A stretch of 63,352 bases of DNA, the filler included, from Platydemus manokwari (taxonomy: Eukaryota), in assembly GCA_037951405.1 (NCBI GenBank). It is 6 parts of 6 records of this genome, joined end to end, with 100 filler letters (N's around TTAATTAATTAA, not from the genome) between each part and the next. Parts side by side here need not be neighbours in the genome. Positions count along the whole stretch, not along the records: positions 1 to 16,745 come from JBBMOY011148104.1; positions 16,846 to 25,724 come from JBBMOY011335428.1; positions 25,825 to 35,851 come from JBBMOY011177766.1; 3 more parts are not named here. One strand, 5' to 3'. The notes below the pieces were generated by a model that did no database searches, was not told the origin of the DNA, and saw only the letters and a list, made by a program, of their open reading frames with translations. The stretch's first letter is position 1. Each line of letters opens with the position of its first letter. Both the position numbers and the translations under genes were made by a program. Positions 14,820 to 27,976 of this stretch are shown here, in pieces.

Positions 14820-15861
14820 TGTTATGTAAAAATTCGGTGAATGGTGGGGATGCAGAGAAAAGATTAAAATAAATAAATAATAAAATTAATTAGGATGGAG
14901 AATTGAATAAATAATAATTAATAGGAATAGGATTATAATAAATAATAATAATAAATAATAAAAGTTGGATAAAAGAAAAATAATAAACAAAATAAAAGTA
15001 ATTATTAAGTACATTGAAGTCATTAATTATTCACATGAAACATGTGAAAAATTCGTTAAAAAATGATCGGCATGAAGAGCCGTATAGGTGGACGTGATCA
15101 GCAAGTATAAATAACGGCGCTGATCGTAGTGTGAGACATTGTAAATTGGTCAAACGAATCACAATTATCAATTATAATTTCGATAGTCAGTGCGAAGAGT
15201 CATTATCTTACCAGAAAAAGTGATCGCAGTTAAGCAAAGAAGATCTAGAGAAAAGTCGAAGGTGAATTGTAATCCAAGCATATCTGATTTGGGATTATTT
15301 TTGTTGTATCGTATAGCCATCGAGAAAACGTTCAACAGGAGATTCAAGGCAGCACAGCAGAAACTATCTTCACATTTTCGAAATCTGTGCCACGCGGACG
15401 AAACTAGTAAGAGATATATTTTTCGTATTGACTATCACTCATAAATTTCATAAGTTTTAACTTTCATGATAATAGTAATAGTAATTAAGTTATCGTAATT
15501 TTTCTCTGCATCTTTAGTAATTTTCCATCCGACACCGGATTTCTTGTTAATCGCTGAGGTGAGGTACGAGGTATTGACTCCAAACCTTGTTGTTCATTTG
15601 CTTAATTAATTAATTGTTATCCGTTTTCGTAAACACATATTTGATAATCCACAGTTTGTTATTAATTATAAGTAATAATTGCAAATCTCGAAACATCATC
15701 TACTTTTCTTTAGGCCCAGAGAGCCAAGGTATTCTCTGTGCTTCAGCTTAATATATCGAATTTGTTTTCAGACATCTTGGTCCTCCATACCAGGTGTTGA
15801 AGTCCTCATAGGATCAGTACCTTTAGAGTAAAGCGCCAAATAATTAAATAAACTAATAACA
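14820..15861 (+). mobile_element. Solo LTR (1042 bp)
   Basis: TGTTAT...ATAACA inverted termini; flanks tttt/tttc; AT-rich U3; TATAAAT at about 15106; AATAAA near the 3' end. Confidence 0.55.
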
Positions 15862-15919
15862 TTTCAACAACCACCAAAACATCACACCCCACTAGCAAAA
15901 AAATCATTTAATATTTGTA

Positions 15920-16444
15920 TAAAATGCCGATGTTTGATAGAAACATCTTTTATATCTTATTACAGAGGTGTGTCTCAAGTTCCTTTCGGTAATTGGTTTT
16001 GCTCCAAGAGTTTGGAGCTTATAGACCGTCGCTTTATTCCAAGAAGTTGTCAAGGCCCGTCAATAGGTTGATGCATAGTGTAATATTAAAATCAATTTAT
16101 AATTTTCATTCTATCATTTTATTTGTTAGTCAGTTTGTGTCAGTGTTAATTATTAGTAAACAGTGGTATTACCAAAACCCTTAGGTATGATTAAATAGGG
16201 ATCATAAATCATTGCTCTGTTTATTGGTGTCAGCATAATTAAGAATTTAAATAGGTTGCATTAGTTAAGACTGATAGTTAATACATCACTATTACCATAT
16301 CTATTGTCTTCACACAATAACTTCGTGCGAGATGTAAATTAAACAAAATAAGGTAGGTTAAGACAACTCTGATTAAGACAATAATGAAATCAAATAGAAA
16401 TAAGTTTGATAAAACAATAAAATCAATAAGGTCCGAACGTGACA
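15920..16444 (+). mobile_element. Solo-LTR-like repeat, family A copy 3
   Basis: Ends GTGACA|TATA. The reverse complement matches 5351-5600 (ttattgtgtgaagacaatag, attgtcttaatcag). Confidence 0.65.
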
Positions 16445-16745
16445 TATAATTTGTAGTGCGTATTTCTTATCTATTTCATTATACACATTTCTCGTCGAGC
16501 TACTTGTCCTTTCATCCATGTATGCAGAGGATGTTTCTTCACTTCGTATTTGCGTTGTTTTGTTAAAGTATGTAGAAATTGGAAATTTGATTTAATTGTA
16601 TATTTTCCATTTTTCTCTAAATAAGGCTTAGTTAGGCGTGTTTATGGACATTTATACGGATCATTTTTATGTATTAGGCTGAGTCAAAAGTTATTCATGT
16701 TTTTTAGTTGTTTAAAGTTTTTGTTTTACCAAATCATTTAAACAT

Positions 16746-16845
16746 NNNNNNNNNNNNNNNNNNNNNNNNNNNNNNNNNNNNNNNNNNNNTTAATTAATTA
16801 ANNNNNNNNNNNNNNNNNNNNNNNNNNNNNNNNNNNNNNNNNNNN
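16746..16845. other. Artificial assembly spacer (44N-TTAATTAATTAA-44N)
   Basis: Six-frame-stop linker inside N runs. Identical spacers at 25725-25824, 35852-35951, 44873-44972 and 54312-54411. Confidence 0.98.
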
Positions 16846-17244
16846 TTCTTTTGATAAATCAATAACAGCTTTGATAACATTTTTGAATATCTTTTTGATA
16901 TTCTGTTCTTTTCTCGGTATATCAGTATAATCAAATAAATCAATCCAATCATCACACAAATGTTCCATAACAATCACAAATTCATTGTCATAATCATACA
17001 CATTCAATATGAGTGGACAAATGGATTTGTTTTGAATGAGATCATTGACAAACAATTCATTAGGAACTTTATATGGATAATGAATACTGTTGGTAAATTT
17101 ATATAGTTTACGTTTGTTGAATGTCTTGATGATAACAGATTTATACTGTTGATGCATTTGAGATTGATTTTTAGCAATATAAACTTTTCCTTTCACACTT
17201 TCTTGTAACATTTGTATTATTGGATAAATGTTATTCAATGACAT
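16846..17244 (-). CDS. PIM-like Ser/Thr kinase, N-terminal part, truncated by the gap
   Basis: Contains VIIK (subdomain II Lys), VPNE (PIM VPxE) and LILNVYDYDNEFVIVMEHLCDDWIDLFDY...IKKIFKNVIKAV, which parallels PIM [27 protein letters not shown]...FFWQVLEAV. The catalytic loop is not visible. Confidence 0.7.
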
Positions 17245-18599
17245 GATTGTTTGTTTTAATTTATTATGTATTAAAATAAGATTTATAATAAGAATTTAAT
17301 TAAGAAATAAAATATTTTCTAGAAAGTCTATTGGTGAAAAATAAATTAATTAAATATTTTCTAAAATATATAATAATTTATACAATTTATAATTCAAACC
17401 TGACAAAAAATATTTGTCTTCATTTTTCGTTATTGTTGAGTAAAGATGATCATCACACAACGAATAGGCAATAGAAAATCAACTTATTAAAGATGTACAA
17501 AATTCTCTAAAGAATTATTGACCTTACATTGTTACAAACAACAAGTAAATTTAAATAAAATTTTTAGTTAGAATTTTGTATTTTCGATTTAATTAAATTA
17601 TTAATGTATAAATTTTATTATAAAATTTAAAAAAGTCAGAAATATTAGAATACCTAATGCACCGCACACCATACACTACAGAATTAGAAGCAGTATTGGA
17701 ATGGATTTGCTCAGGAAGGCAGAAATACAAGAGTCCTATCGGGCAAAGATTTCAGAGGAAGAAAATTCTTATTTCTGGATTCTTTAATTGGTGAAGCAAT
17801 TGCGAAAACCAAGTAGATGATATAAAAGAGAATCTTAAATTTCCAGTTTTTCAAGCATCTCCAAATCATTCTAGGTTAAGTTCATCTGAAATTGATGCAA
17901 TGGATCCTGTTCATTATAATCACAAAAAAGTGATACGAATACCTTATAATCCTTAAAATATCATCATAGAAGAACATCAGAGACTAAGTGGTATAACAAA
18001 TAGAAATATAAAATCCTATTAAGGCGAGATGAGAAACTTGAAAAAAGATGGCACAACCCAAACAAGCTAAGACAAACATAACTCGATGATAGTGAGGCAT
18101 TTGCATACAAAAATATGTAAAATATCTGTACCAGATCCAGGCTGTGCAACATCAATATAGAGGAGATTAAATATAATCCGAATAATGCCGTTATTCAAGG
18201 AGACAACAAAATGAATTCACTGGAATGGATACTACTGCCACTAGCAAACTGCAAACTCACATTAACATCAGAAACAAGATGAAGACTTAAGAGAGTCTTA
18301 TCGGGAAAAGATTTCAGACGAAGAAAATTCTTATTATTATTAATGTATCTTAAAATGATTAATGTATAGAAATATATCAATCGATATACGATAAGAATCG
18401 TTTGAGATAATTCATTAATATGACAAAGAATTTTTTATTGAAAAGAAAAAACTTATAAATATAAATTTGAATTAATTTTATTTTATCTATTAATAAAGAT
18501 AATAATATTTAATAATATAAATGATAATAATAATATCCTCTAATATTTTACATTTTAGATTTTAAATAGGTCCTTGGTAAATAATATTCGGACTAGAAC

Positions 18600-19560
18600 T
18601 GTCATATTGAGAGAAATGTAAAAATTTATGCCAATAATAAGTAAAGTGAACTTGTATAATGAATTTAACATGATATGCACAATGCTGATCTTTGGTCAAA
18701 ATTATTTTTCGTAAAGTGGAGAGATAAAATAATTTGTCCGACTTATTTCGTAAATAGTATTTTAAGAAATTATTCTTTGTAAGATAAAGTGACAAAACGA
18801 TGTTTCGAATTCACTTTAAGGAATTCGATAGTTTGTTAAAACTTTTTCGTAATGGATTTATTTATTTTGGACTGGTTCCTAAAATTCATTGTTTTATATT
18901 TTTGTTCCTTTTGAAATGCTCGCTGTTTAGCTGGGGTAACATAGTAACGTCCCTTATTAGTAACAAATATCGCTGTAATAGCACGATGATCTCTGACTGG
19001 GAACTTCATATTGTTCGGCAGGTGGATGTGGTCCTTGAAAATCTGAGAAACATTCTCTTTCACGGAGGTTCTAATTTATGGCCGTGTCTACGGAGTAACT
19101 TTGGAATTGAGGGCCAGTGTAAGTATATGACCGAATGGTGGATGAATTATTTTGTAATTTTTTCACTTTTCCTTCTAGTAAATAAAGCTCATATGGTTAA
19201 GGATGATAACAAATTGTATATCGTATTCGGTATAATGTATGTTAGTCTTTACTGTAGGTCTTCCCTTGTGGTTCCAGTCACAACAATACCATATGCCTAA
19301 GAATATATAGTGAACTGAAATCCATAATCTGCAGAGGATCTACATAGAAAATCTATTGAAAGACAAAAAAGTGTCATGCTCAATGGGCAACCTTGTTTAA
19401 CACCAAGCAGAATTGGTTTTGCGGTGGGTTTATGACAATTGTAAGTGAAAGTCATGCTGTATTATAAGGCTTAAATGAGATATATAAGGTGAACGTTACA
19501 ACCCATTCTCTGTAAAGTTATCCAAATAAATTCATGGGGAGTGCTCAGGAAAGCTTCTAG
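18600..19560 (-). mobile_element. Degraded non-LTR retrotransposon RT (R2/NeSL-like)
   Basis: Minus strand 19455-19250 reads PILLGVKQGCPLSMTLFCLSIDFL...S*AYGIVVTGTTREDLQ. This is the GVKQG.PLS motif, followed by a YADD box with the aspartates missing. Stops and frameshifts. Confidence 0.75.
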
Positions 19561-19811
19561 TAGGTCAAGCCGTCAAATATAGAAAATAACTTTGCTTTTT
19601 CTGAATTTTACGATCCCGACTGAAAGACAATCAATGTCCTCAGCTCAATCACTTTGAGAAAGGGAATTCTTTTGATTTGGAGACTTATAGAGACAATCCG
19701 ATTCAACAATCTGTTGTTACAGATATGAGGTATCTATCAGCGCAATAGGGCGTTAAGCATGATCAACTGTGTGGTAAATATTTTATCAGGATTAAAAAGG
19801 TATTATATATA

Positions 19812-20778
19812 TGTTGGGTCCGAAAGACGCAACACAGGTTCGTAACTTTCTCTAATCAATCCCTATCTGACTACAGAAGATAGACGCTGCTTTCACTAAG
19901 ATTTATTTATATTGCAATATACAGGTCCTTTCACTCACGGGCCTAGCCTTTAATAAAAGTTATGTTAAATCACGGAATAAATCTGCTCACAATACTGAGA
20001 TACTGGCCGACGAACTACTCCTGGTCTTTACTACGTTCTAGCAAGCGTAATTAAATTACGTGTGCTCTACTCTACTTTCTTCTGTTGATAATACCGATAT
20101 TCGAAGTTCACTGCTCCGAATATCCTAATACAATGAGCTTCTACTGAAATACCAATTTTCGGGATACACTATCCACGAATATTCTATTACAAAACAACAA
20201 TTAGTAAATAATAACCTGTTTCCTGGGTCCTTTAGTTCCTAAAATTTCAGAAGTTCTCGATAAAATTTTCTGATAATTCTTCTAGCAAATCTTATGACAA
20301 TCCTCCTTCCTAGTCCTATCTAAACTGTGTCTGGTTTAAAGCAAGTCAGCGTTTATATACCGCTATTGTGCTCGCACCACTTGCAGCACATTTCTCTTTC
20401 CACGAGTTGACATGTGTAGTCAACAGCTGCATTTAGATTAATATCACCAGACATTAATCGATATTTCCCTTTCTGGAAAGTTAGCTGCTATTTAATTATT
20501 TTACTACACTCATACAAATTATAATTTCCAAATAATAATTTTAAAATCCTTATTTATCTTTATTTATTCAAATATGTATTTTTCTTATTAATATTAATAA
20601 TAATTTAATTTAAAATTTATTTTTCCGCTTTTTTGTTTATTTTAAGTAAAATAAATTTATTTTCTTTGTCTGTTAATTTAGCTTTGTTCATTAACTATTT
20701 ACTTTTATCTTTATTTTAATATTTTTACATTATAGATTCTTCAATACTATTTTTGTCATATAATATAATATGACGTCA
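19812..20778 (-). mobile_element. Solo LTR (967 bp) with TATA target-site duplication
   Basis: tata|TGTTGGG...TGACGTCA|tata. On the minus strand: AT-rich U3, TATATAAA near 20355, AATAAA near 19905. Confidence 0.6.
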
Positions 20779-23700
20779 TATACACCATTAATTAAGTCCC
20801 TGACAACCACTGTGCATATTTACAATCTCTAAACTCTTGGGTGCCAGTACCCTTTCTTTATTTCGATAAACGATTACTTTTATTCTTTAATTAATTACTC
20901 AAAATTTTTTATTTTTTTCTAAAATTACTAGTTTTTAAGCATATCTCGCAGTCCTATGTATAACCACGAAGAAATTTGAAGTAGATCACTTAATTTAAAA
21001 CGTTTTAAAACCAAACCTAAATTGACTTCAAATTAAATTTTGCAATTTAAAAAATTTGATCACACTAGACTGACCTTGAAAGCATTGACAAGGCATATGA
21101 TTTTTCTTTAATATTATGAATGGGATTTTTAATTTTTAGATTTGGCATATATTTTAGTTTCTTTTATTTGTAAGCCTGGGTTAAAAAGTAAATTTATCTA
21201 CCTATTTTTCATTATTTTTTTATTATATTCACTGGCAAGGTAATATTATTATTTTCAGCGTGCAATATAATAATAAAAACCCAAATAATCCATAATAGAA
21301 AGTGAATTAATATTTTTGGTCAATAATAATAATAATAAGTTTAAAATTTCGAATTAGTTTAGAATTTTGAATTTAATACTAAATTCTTTTTATAATAATT
21401 AAAATTACAAATGGTTTTAATTTATGATAATATTTCAAGTTAATTTTAGCAAAATTTCAAGTTAATTCTGTTAAAATTAAATCAATTAGAATAGAAATAA
21501 GTTTACCAAAAACTTATTTCTCCATGGCGACCAAAAATATTAATTATAAAGCCCCTATATTTTCCCCAAATTCACTCACATTTAGAAATAACCTTAACAA
21601 TAAAACCACATTGGAGGAATATTCCTTTTGAATTGAGAAGTCGTCACAATTAAAGCGGAAATTAAGCCCACATATTTTATTCTAACCTAATATTTTCCCC
21701 AACAATTATAGATAATGCAGTTAAACTTCATCTGCATTCGCCACGCCTGTCACGTTGAAGAAACCACTAGGATAGTGCGTCGTGTGAATCATCAAGAAGA
21801 TCATTTTGCCGCCGAAGTTGGCCAATTTCTCCGAAGCCGTTTTATCCAGTTTATGTCCTATAGAAATAAAGGAAGAGTATCTAAGTATAATAATTGCCAA
21901 AGGTTTAGACACATTCGTGTAAAATACTTATTAACATATATATACCGAAAAAACTCTTGTAAAACGGACACTGACTCCATACTACGATGGGTTTTGTTGG
22001 TCCTCGATCTGCTTCCATTGAATTGCACATTGAATTTAATCCCCTCATTTAAGTGTATAAAAGTATTTGCTTAAAATCATTGTTTATCGTTGTAATTTAT
22101 ATTCATTGTTAATTGCATATAAATGTCATATAAGTAGTAATTTATAATTCGGTGCTTAATTGTAATTGTATGGCATCACAAGTTCATAATACATAAAGTT
22201 CATGGTGGTACACCACCAATTTTGGGAATAGTTTTGTTAAATAAATTGATTAAAGAGACTGATAATAAAAGGACGATTATTAAGGCGAGGGATAAGAATA
22301 AAATAGTCAAATCGATTTCTACGCCGATCCGTTTATCTTCATAAGTCAAGATCGTCGAGGCGAATTAACATCAGAACATAAAGGATCAAAACGGACTCTT
22401 AGTACTGATAAGACGTAGATTTCGATCAAATAAAAATAATAATAGTAAAAGATAAAACGAGAGTGACCCCAAAACGTAATGTACATAACGGCTTCCACTT
22501 GCATGTTTATCTCACCTCATTAGATATTTTTAAAAACTTTATTGATTTTCCAGAAATTCTCTTGAGATTTATATGATAAATTATCAATATATTTATTATT
22601 TTAAAAATTCAAATTTTTCCAATCATCCAAATTATTTTTAAAAACCTATTTTACATTTCTTTGTTATAGTTGAAGATATGTATAAAAAATAAAATTATGA
22701 TCAAGATCGATAATTGTTTTATTTAATTAAATTGTGTAGTCCAATTAGACGTTTATAGTCTCACCGAAGAAAGAATTCACAATTAATTAGATAATATTCA
22801 AATATTCTTGAATTTGAGTATAGGAATAAAGATATGAAAATCTTTAATGAGTGCTTAATTATCTTAAACTTATCTAAGTACAATCATATTAAAGTTTGTT
22901 GTCTAGGACTTAATTTAATATAGAAATATGAGTTAAATAATAAATTCCTGAAAAATATTATAACAAATAAATAAGAAAAAAATAAAACATTAATGCAAAA
23001 TATATACTTGAGATAATTAAAAGCATTATTTAAAATTCGTAAGATACAATACATTATTTCTGGAAATAGTTGAATAGTAACCTCAAGGTAATAATGATTG
23101 GTGTACCATCTAAGTGGTTTGAAAACAACTCCAGACAAATAGAGGATGTAAAACTTGCAACCAGTATCTTTTATTATGTTAAGATACTGCAAACATAAAA
23201 TTAACACCGAAATTGTAAAAATAAAAAATTTATTGTCAATTATTTGATTGATAACAGAAAATGTCTTATAAAACAGTTAACAGTTTTCTCAAAATATAAA
23301 TGTTTTATGAAAGCATAATTTTAATATCCCTGGTGCAATCGAACAGATAAGTTTTACTTGTATAATTTGTATAATTTTCATGTGCAATTGAAAGACTGAT
23401 TTTCTTTGAGCCAAAGCTTGATTTCAATTATTGAAATTATTTGTTACAATTTTAACCTTATTTCTATTTTTAATAACAGCGTGCTTTAATTAGCAACATC
23501 TCTGTTTCTATTTTTGTTTGCATTGTAACAAATGTTGCTATTTGTATTTTGACTTTGTTATGGGTTTGTTATTATTGGAAAATTTTATAAATTCAAAAAA
23601 ACGATAAAAAAAAAAATTTTGTGTTACTGTATTATAATTTTAATTTTTGAATGCTGTTGGTACATATTCGAAAAATTACAAATAGAAATAAAAATAAAAT

Positions 23701-24911
23701 CTAATAATTTATAATGGTAAAAAAAAAAGATGTATTAATTATATATAAAATAATAAAGAAGTGCAAACAACTACAATGACATCAATATAATAATTATTAT
23801 AAAGGTTAAAGCAAGTAATTTTAAAGTAATTTTCAGAGTTATAAATTGCTATATAATTATTAAAATCGATTAATAAAGATGAACATCACACAAAAATAGA
23901 TTTAACTATTATTGGACACTTATTTTGACGTCATATATATATGAAGTTCCACAACAATACATGCCAACCAATTAGAGACGACATAAATTGGACATGTCAT
24001 TTCGAAAAAGGAAATAGCTTCATAACAACACACACTATCCCGATAATATAAAATCGATAGAACCAATTGGCATTGAAGAATTAAAATATCAATTTAAAAT
24101 GAATCGTACGAAATATAAATAACCATACAAAACTGGCGTATTGCGAGTTGACTCCTTTAAAAATAAGTTGTCTATCTTCATCTTATTTGAATGTAGGGCT
24201 GAGTATCACCAGGTTTTCCATAATGTGGCAACCATTATTTCATTAATGTTTACTACAAAAAGCACATTCCACAATTTGGAAGATTATCAATGTCAAATTT
24301 ATTACTTGTATTGTGGCTTTGCTGCAAAATTATAATTAATCAAGCTTTATAATCAAAATTAGTTGTTAATTAATTCAGTGCTTGCCTATATAGGTGAAGT
24401 GGCCAGATTTATAAATAAAAAACACCTTTAGTTTGATTAGTTCCAACCTTAAAAATTTTAATAGGAGAAATGTGGACTGTTTTCTAATAATTCACATTTT
24501 AATGCCTTCGTAGCTCAATGTCAATTTTATTCATAAATTTTTATGATTTTTAAATTGGTAAAATAACATTTAAAATACTATTTTAAGTATTTTAAGACAA
24601 ATTTTTTAGAGCCAATGCTTAAAATAAGTCAAGATACACTTGTATTATTAAATGTACTTTCTTAGTAATAACGAAGAGATTATTTCTAAATACCTTCATT
24701 GAAAATGCGAAAAACAAAGATTTGATATTAATTCCAAGGTAATTGCCTATATAATTATGGTGTATAATAATTTATAAACCAAGAATGTTTCCATAATAGC
24801 ATATAATTGATTTTCTTTTTATATTCTCTGTGTTTTAATGTTCGATTAGTAGAGAAATTTTTGTACTAAAATATTGCTAAAATTTAATCATTGGTATTTT
24901 ATTATTTGAAG

Positions 24912-25084
24912 GTATTAGAGGATGTTTAGAAAGGCTGCAGTTGGAATATGTTGATATAATATTAGCCAATAAGCCAGATCCACAAGTACCGATGGAAGAA
25001 ATTGTGAGAGCATTTACCTTTATAATAAATCAAGGCCAGGCATTTTACTGGGGTACTTCCAGGTGGACACCAATGGAAATAATG
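24912..25084 (+). CDS. KCNAB: Internal exon of voltage-gated K+ channel beta subunit (Kv-beta/Hyperkinetic, aldo-keto reductase fold)
   Basis: AG/GT-bounded exon reading [58 protein letters not shown], closely matching Kv-beta [54 protein letters not shown]. Not in the ORF track. Other exons were not found. Confidence 0.92.
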
Positions 25085-27976
25085 GTTATAAGCAGTATAT
25101 TTACTTAAACATCCATACTAAAATTTTAACGTGATACTATGTGATGTATTTTAAAATTCTACTTGATAATTGTTTTAAAAGCTCACCCAACTACTATGAC
25201 AACTTTTTAAATTAAATCTGAAAAATCTTTGGATTTCTAATTTAAAATTTTTATTATTTCATTTGATTTGATAGTTCACATTTTTCGTTTATTTTACACG
25301 AAAATTCATAACAATATTTATTAGCAGAATATTAAGCAAATTTTAAGTTTAACATTTGTTTTTACATCGTTTATTCATCGACGTTTTTGCTTTGAATTTA
25401 GAGCTCAAAATTAGAACAAACTGTAAAGAGTTGATTAATAATTGATCTGCGATTTATTGACGATCGCAACTTAAAAGCATCTATCTAAAACTTAATATAT
25501 TTATTAATATATAGTATAAAAATTATTATTAAATTTTTACATTCATAATATTCGGAAAATACAGGTATAAAATTATCTCATGCTACAAAATTCATTATAA
25601 CGAAAGTAGGTCAAAGGATCCTTTTTCGTAACTTAAGCTAAATAAAGTAATAATATAAATTTTAAATTCGTAAATTGTTGTATTATAATTGTTATGTTCA
25701 CATTTTAAAAAATCATTGTAATTTNNNNNNNNNNNNNNNNNNNNNNNNNNNNNNNNNNNNNNNNNNNNTTAATTAATTAANNNNNNNNNNNNNNNNNNNN
25801 NNNNNNNNNNNNNNNNNNNNNNNNTTATTATCATTATTATTATTATTATTATTTCTTATTTCTTGACAAATACTCATTTTTTCTTGCATTATTTTATTAT
25901 GATATTATGTTTTTTAAAAATGTTATTAATTTCATTGATTTTTTTAATGGACGCTGTGTTCTCTTGGTTTATTCTTTGATTTAACATTTTATATCAAGAT
26001 AATTATGATGAGAATCACTAAGGCTAATCAAGATCAAAGTTATTTCAATTGTTTTATACCAAAAAATATTAAAGTCAATACAATAATATTAAAGTGCATC
26101 ACAATCCTTGTTTATATTACAAAAAACAAAATAAATATTTAATGGGGAACGCATTAAATTATCATAAGTTGTCACAGTATATTGTTAGAAGACATTCTGA
26201 AATGGGATTGTTATTGAAAAGTAATTGGGTGAATAGGAAAGAATCTGATTTCACTTATTGGTGACTCACGAATTATTGATAAATTGAATATGATATTGAA
26301 TTTTTTACGAATATTATATCGATGTATTAATTGAATATGATTTTGAAATTTGGACGAATAAGAGATCAATTTGTTTTTAGGGAAAATATCGGTTTATGAT
26401 TTGTTTAATGAAATGCATTGATATTGGCTGACGTTGATTTGTAGAATATATGCTGATGCTGACGGGTAATCTGTAAGAGGATATTTATATTTAAGGATGT
26501 TGAATTAATTAGAATTACAATAGTTGAATACAAAATGATTTCAATAATATACACAATTAAAAATTGTTAAGTATAAAATTAGTTTTTGGCAAATAACTAG
26601 GCAGAAACAATTGGTAGTTTGAATTATCGATGTTATTGTTTGAGCTTCTATTTTGATAGAACTAATTAATTTTAACTACTATGGAAGTGACCATGAGAGA
26701 CTTGGCTTGCTGAATGTGATGCTAATGTAATGTTTCCCTAACCATGCGATTGATGGTCAATTTAATGCGATTTAATTTTATTAATTATATTTTAGTTGAA
26801 CTGGGTTCAAGGTAAAGTTTGTATGGTGTGAATAGATGATATTCTAATTAAGATTATAGAAATTTATAAGATAACCAGTACAAATTTACTGAACATGCTG
26901 CAGTTGATTTTATTGGTTATCTTATTTTTCAATTAATGTGAAGCAATAATAGCTCGACTGAGTTGAATTTTCAAATCTTTCCCGCTGGTACACTAATAGT
27001 TTTGTAATGAGATTCGAAAAAATTACTGCGATCGATAATTAGATGAATCATAACAGTTAAATTTCTCAAAAGACTTTGATAAGTTTGTGATCTTATGTTT
27101 ATATTTGGTCTTTTAATTACACGTTTTCTTTATTTCATTTCTTCTCTGATGTTATTAGCATTTATTATTGTTAATGTATCCCATCATTTATCTGATTACT
27201 ATATTTGGTAACTAATTTATTTTATTTCCATTTTTGTATTTTCTTAATTCAATTTTTAGGTAGTGTAATAACCTTTGTATTTATTGATTGAGAATGGCTC
27301 CGTAAAATTTAAACTGGAAAAAATTTTATATATTATTTATTATTTTTATTTCAGGAGCTATACCCAACAATTTTATGTTTCGAAAATCTCAGCAATATTT
27401 ATGCTTATTAGTACCTGTTGTAATCGCTTATCTACTATTTCATTTTTATATTATAATTTAATTTCGTTTTTCTATGATCTACGTATTAGAAAAATTGTGT
27501 AATGTTTTACGTGAACTATATTTCCAAATTTGTTGTTCTATTTATTTTTAGTAATACCAATAGGTTAGACAATTACTTTTAGATACTTTTCAAAAATTTC
27601 TTTTCTAATTTTCTCTGCTATGATCAACGTAGTAAATAAATGCTCAATTCAAAATATGTGGATTTTGAACTATTTTATTTTTGATTTTTTCTATAGTTTT
27701 TTATTTTATTTTTATTAATTTTGTTGTTTCTCTCCCAATACCTCAAATATATAAGCTTTTTTTTTACTAAGCTGAATCATCCACACATTTAATTTTCAAT
27801 GACTGAATATCTGTTGCACAATATGATATTAAATGCTTCTCCTCGAAAATTGTGCTATTGATAAACTCTTATCTAATTATGCTTTTAGAATTTTGTATTT
27901 TTTCGAATATTATTATTATTCGAATCATTTCGGATTTTCATTTCTTATCATACATTGGAATATTTTTTTGCTATTA

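Noticed and set aside
16790-16801. Recurrent palindrome TTAATTAATTAA as a biological repeat or CRISPR-like unit
   Set aside because: Always centred in N runs; it is an assembly linker.
18800-19300. 166-aa plus-strand ORF
   Set aside because: Antisense shadow of the minus-strand non-LTR RT relic.
21715-22074. 119-aa ORF in a locally GC-richer patch
   Set aside because: No recognisable motif or splice structure; probably part of an LTR-like repeat (TATA near 22056).
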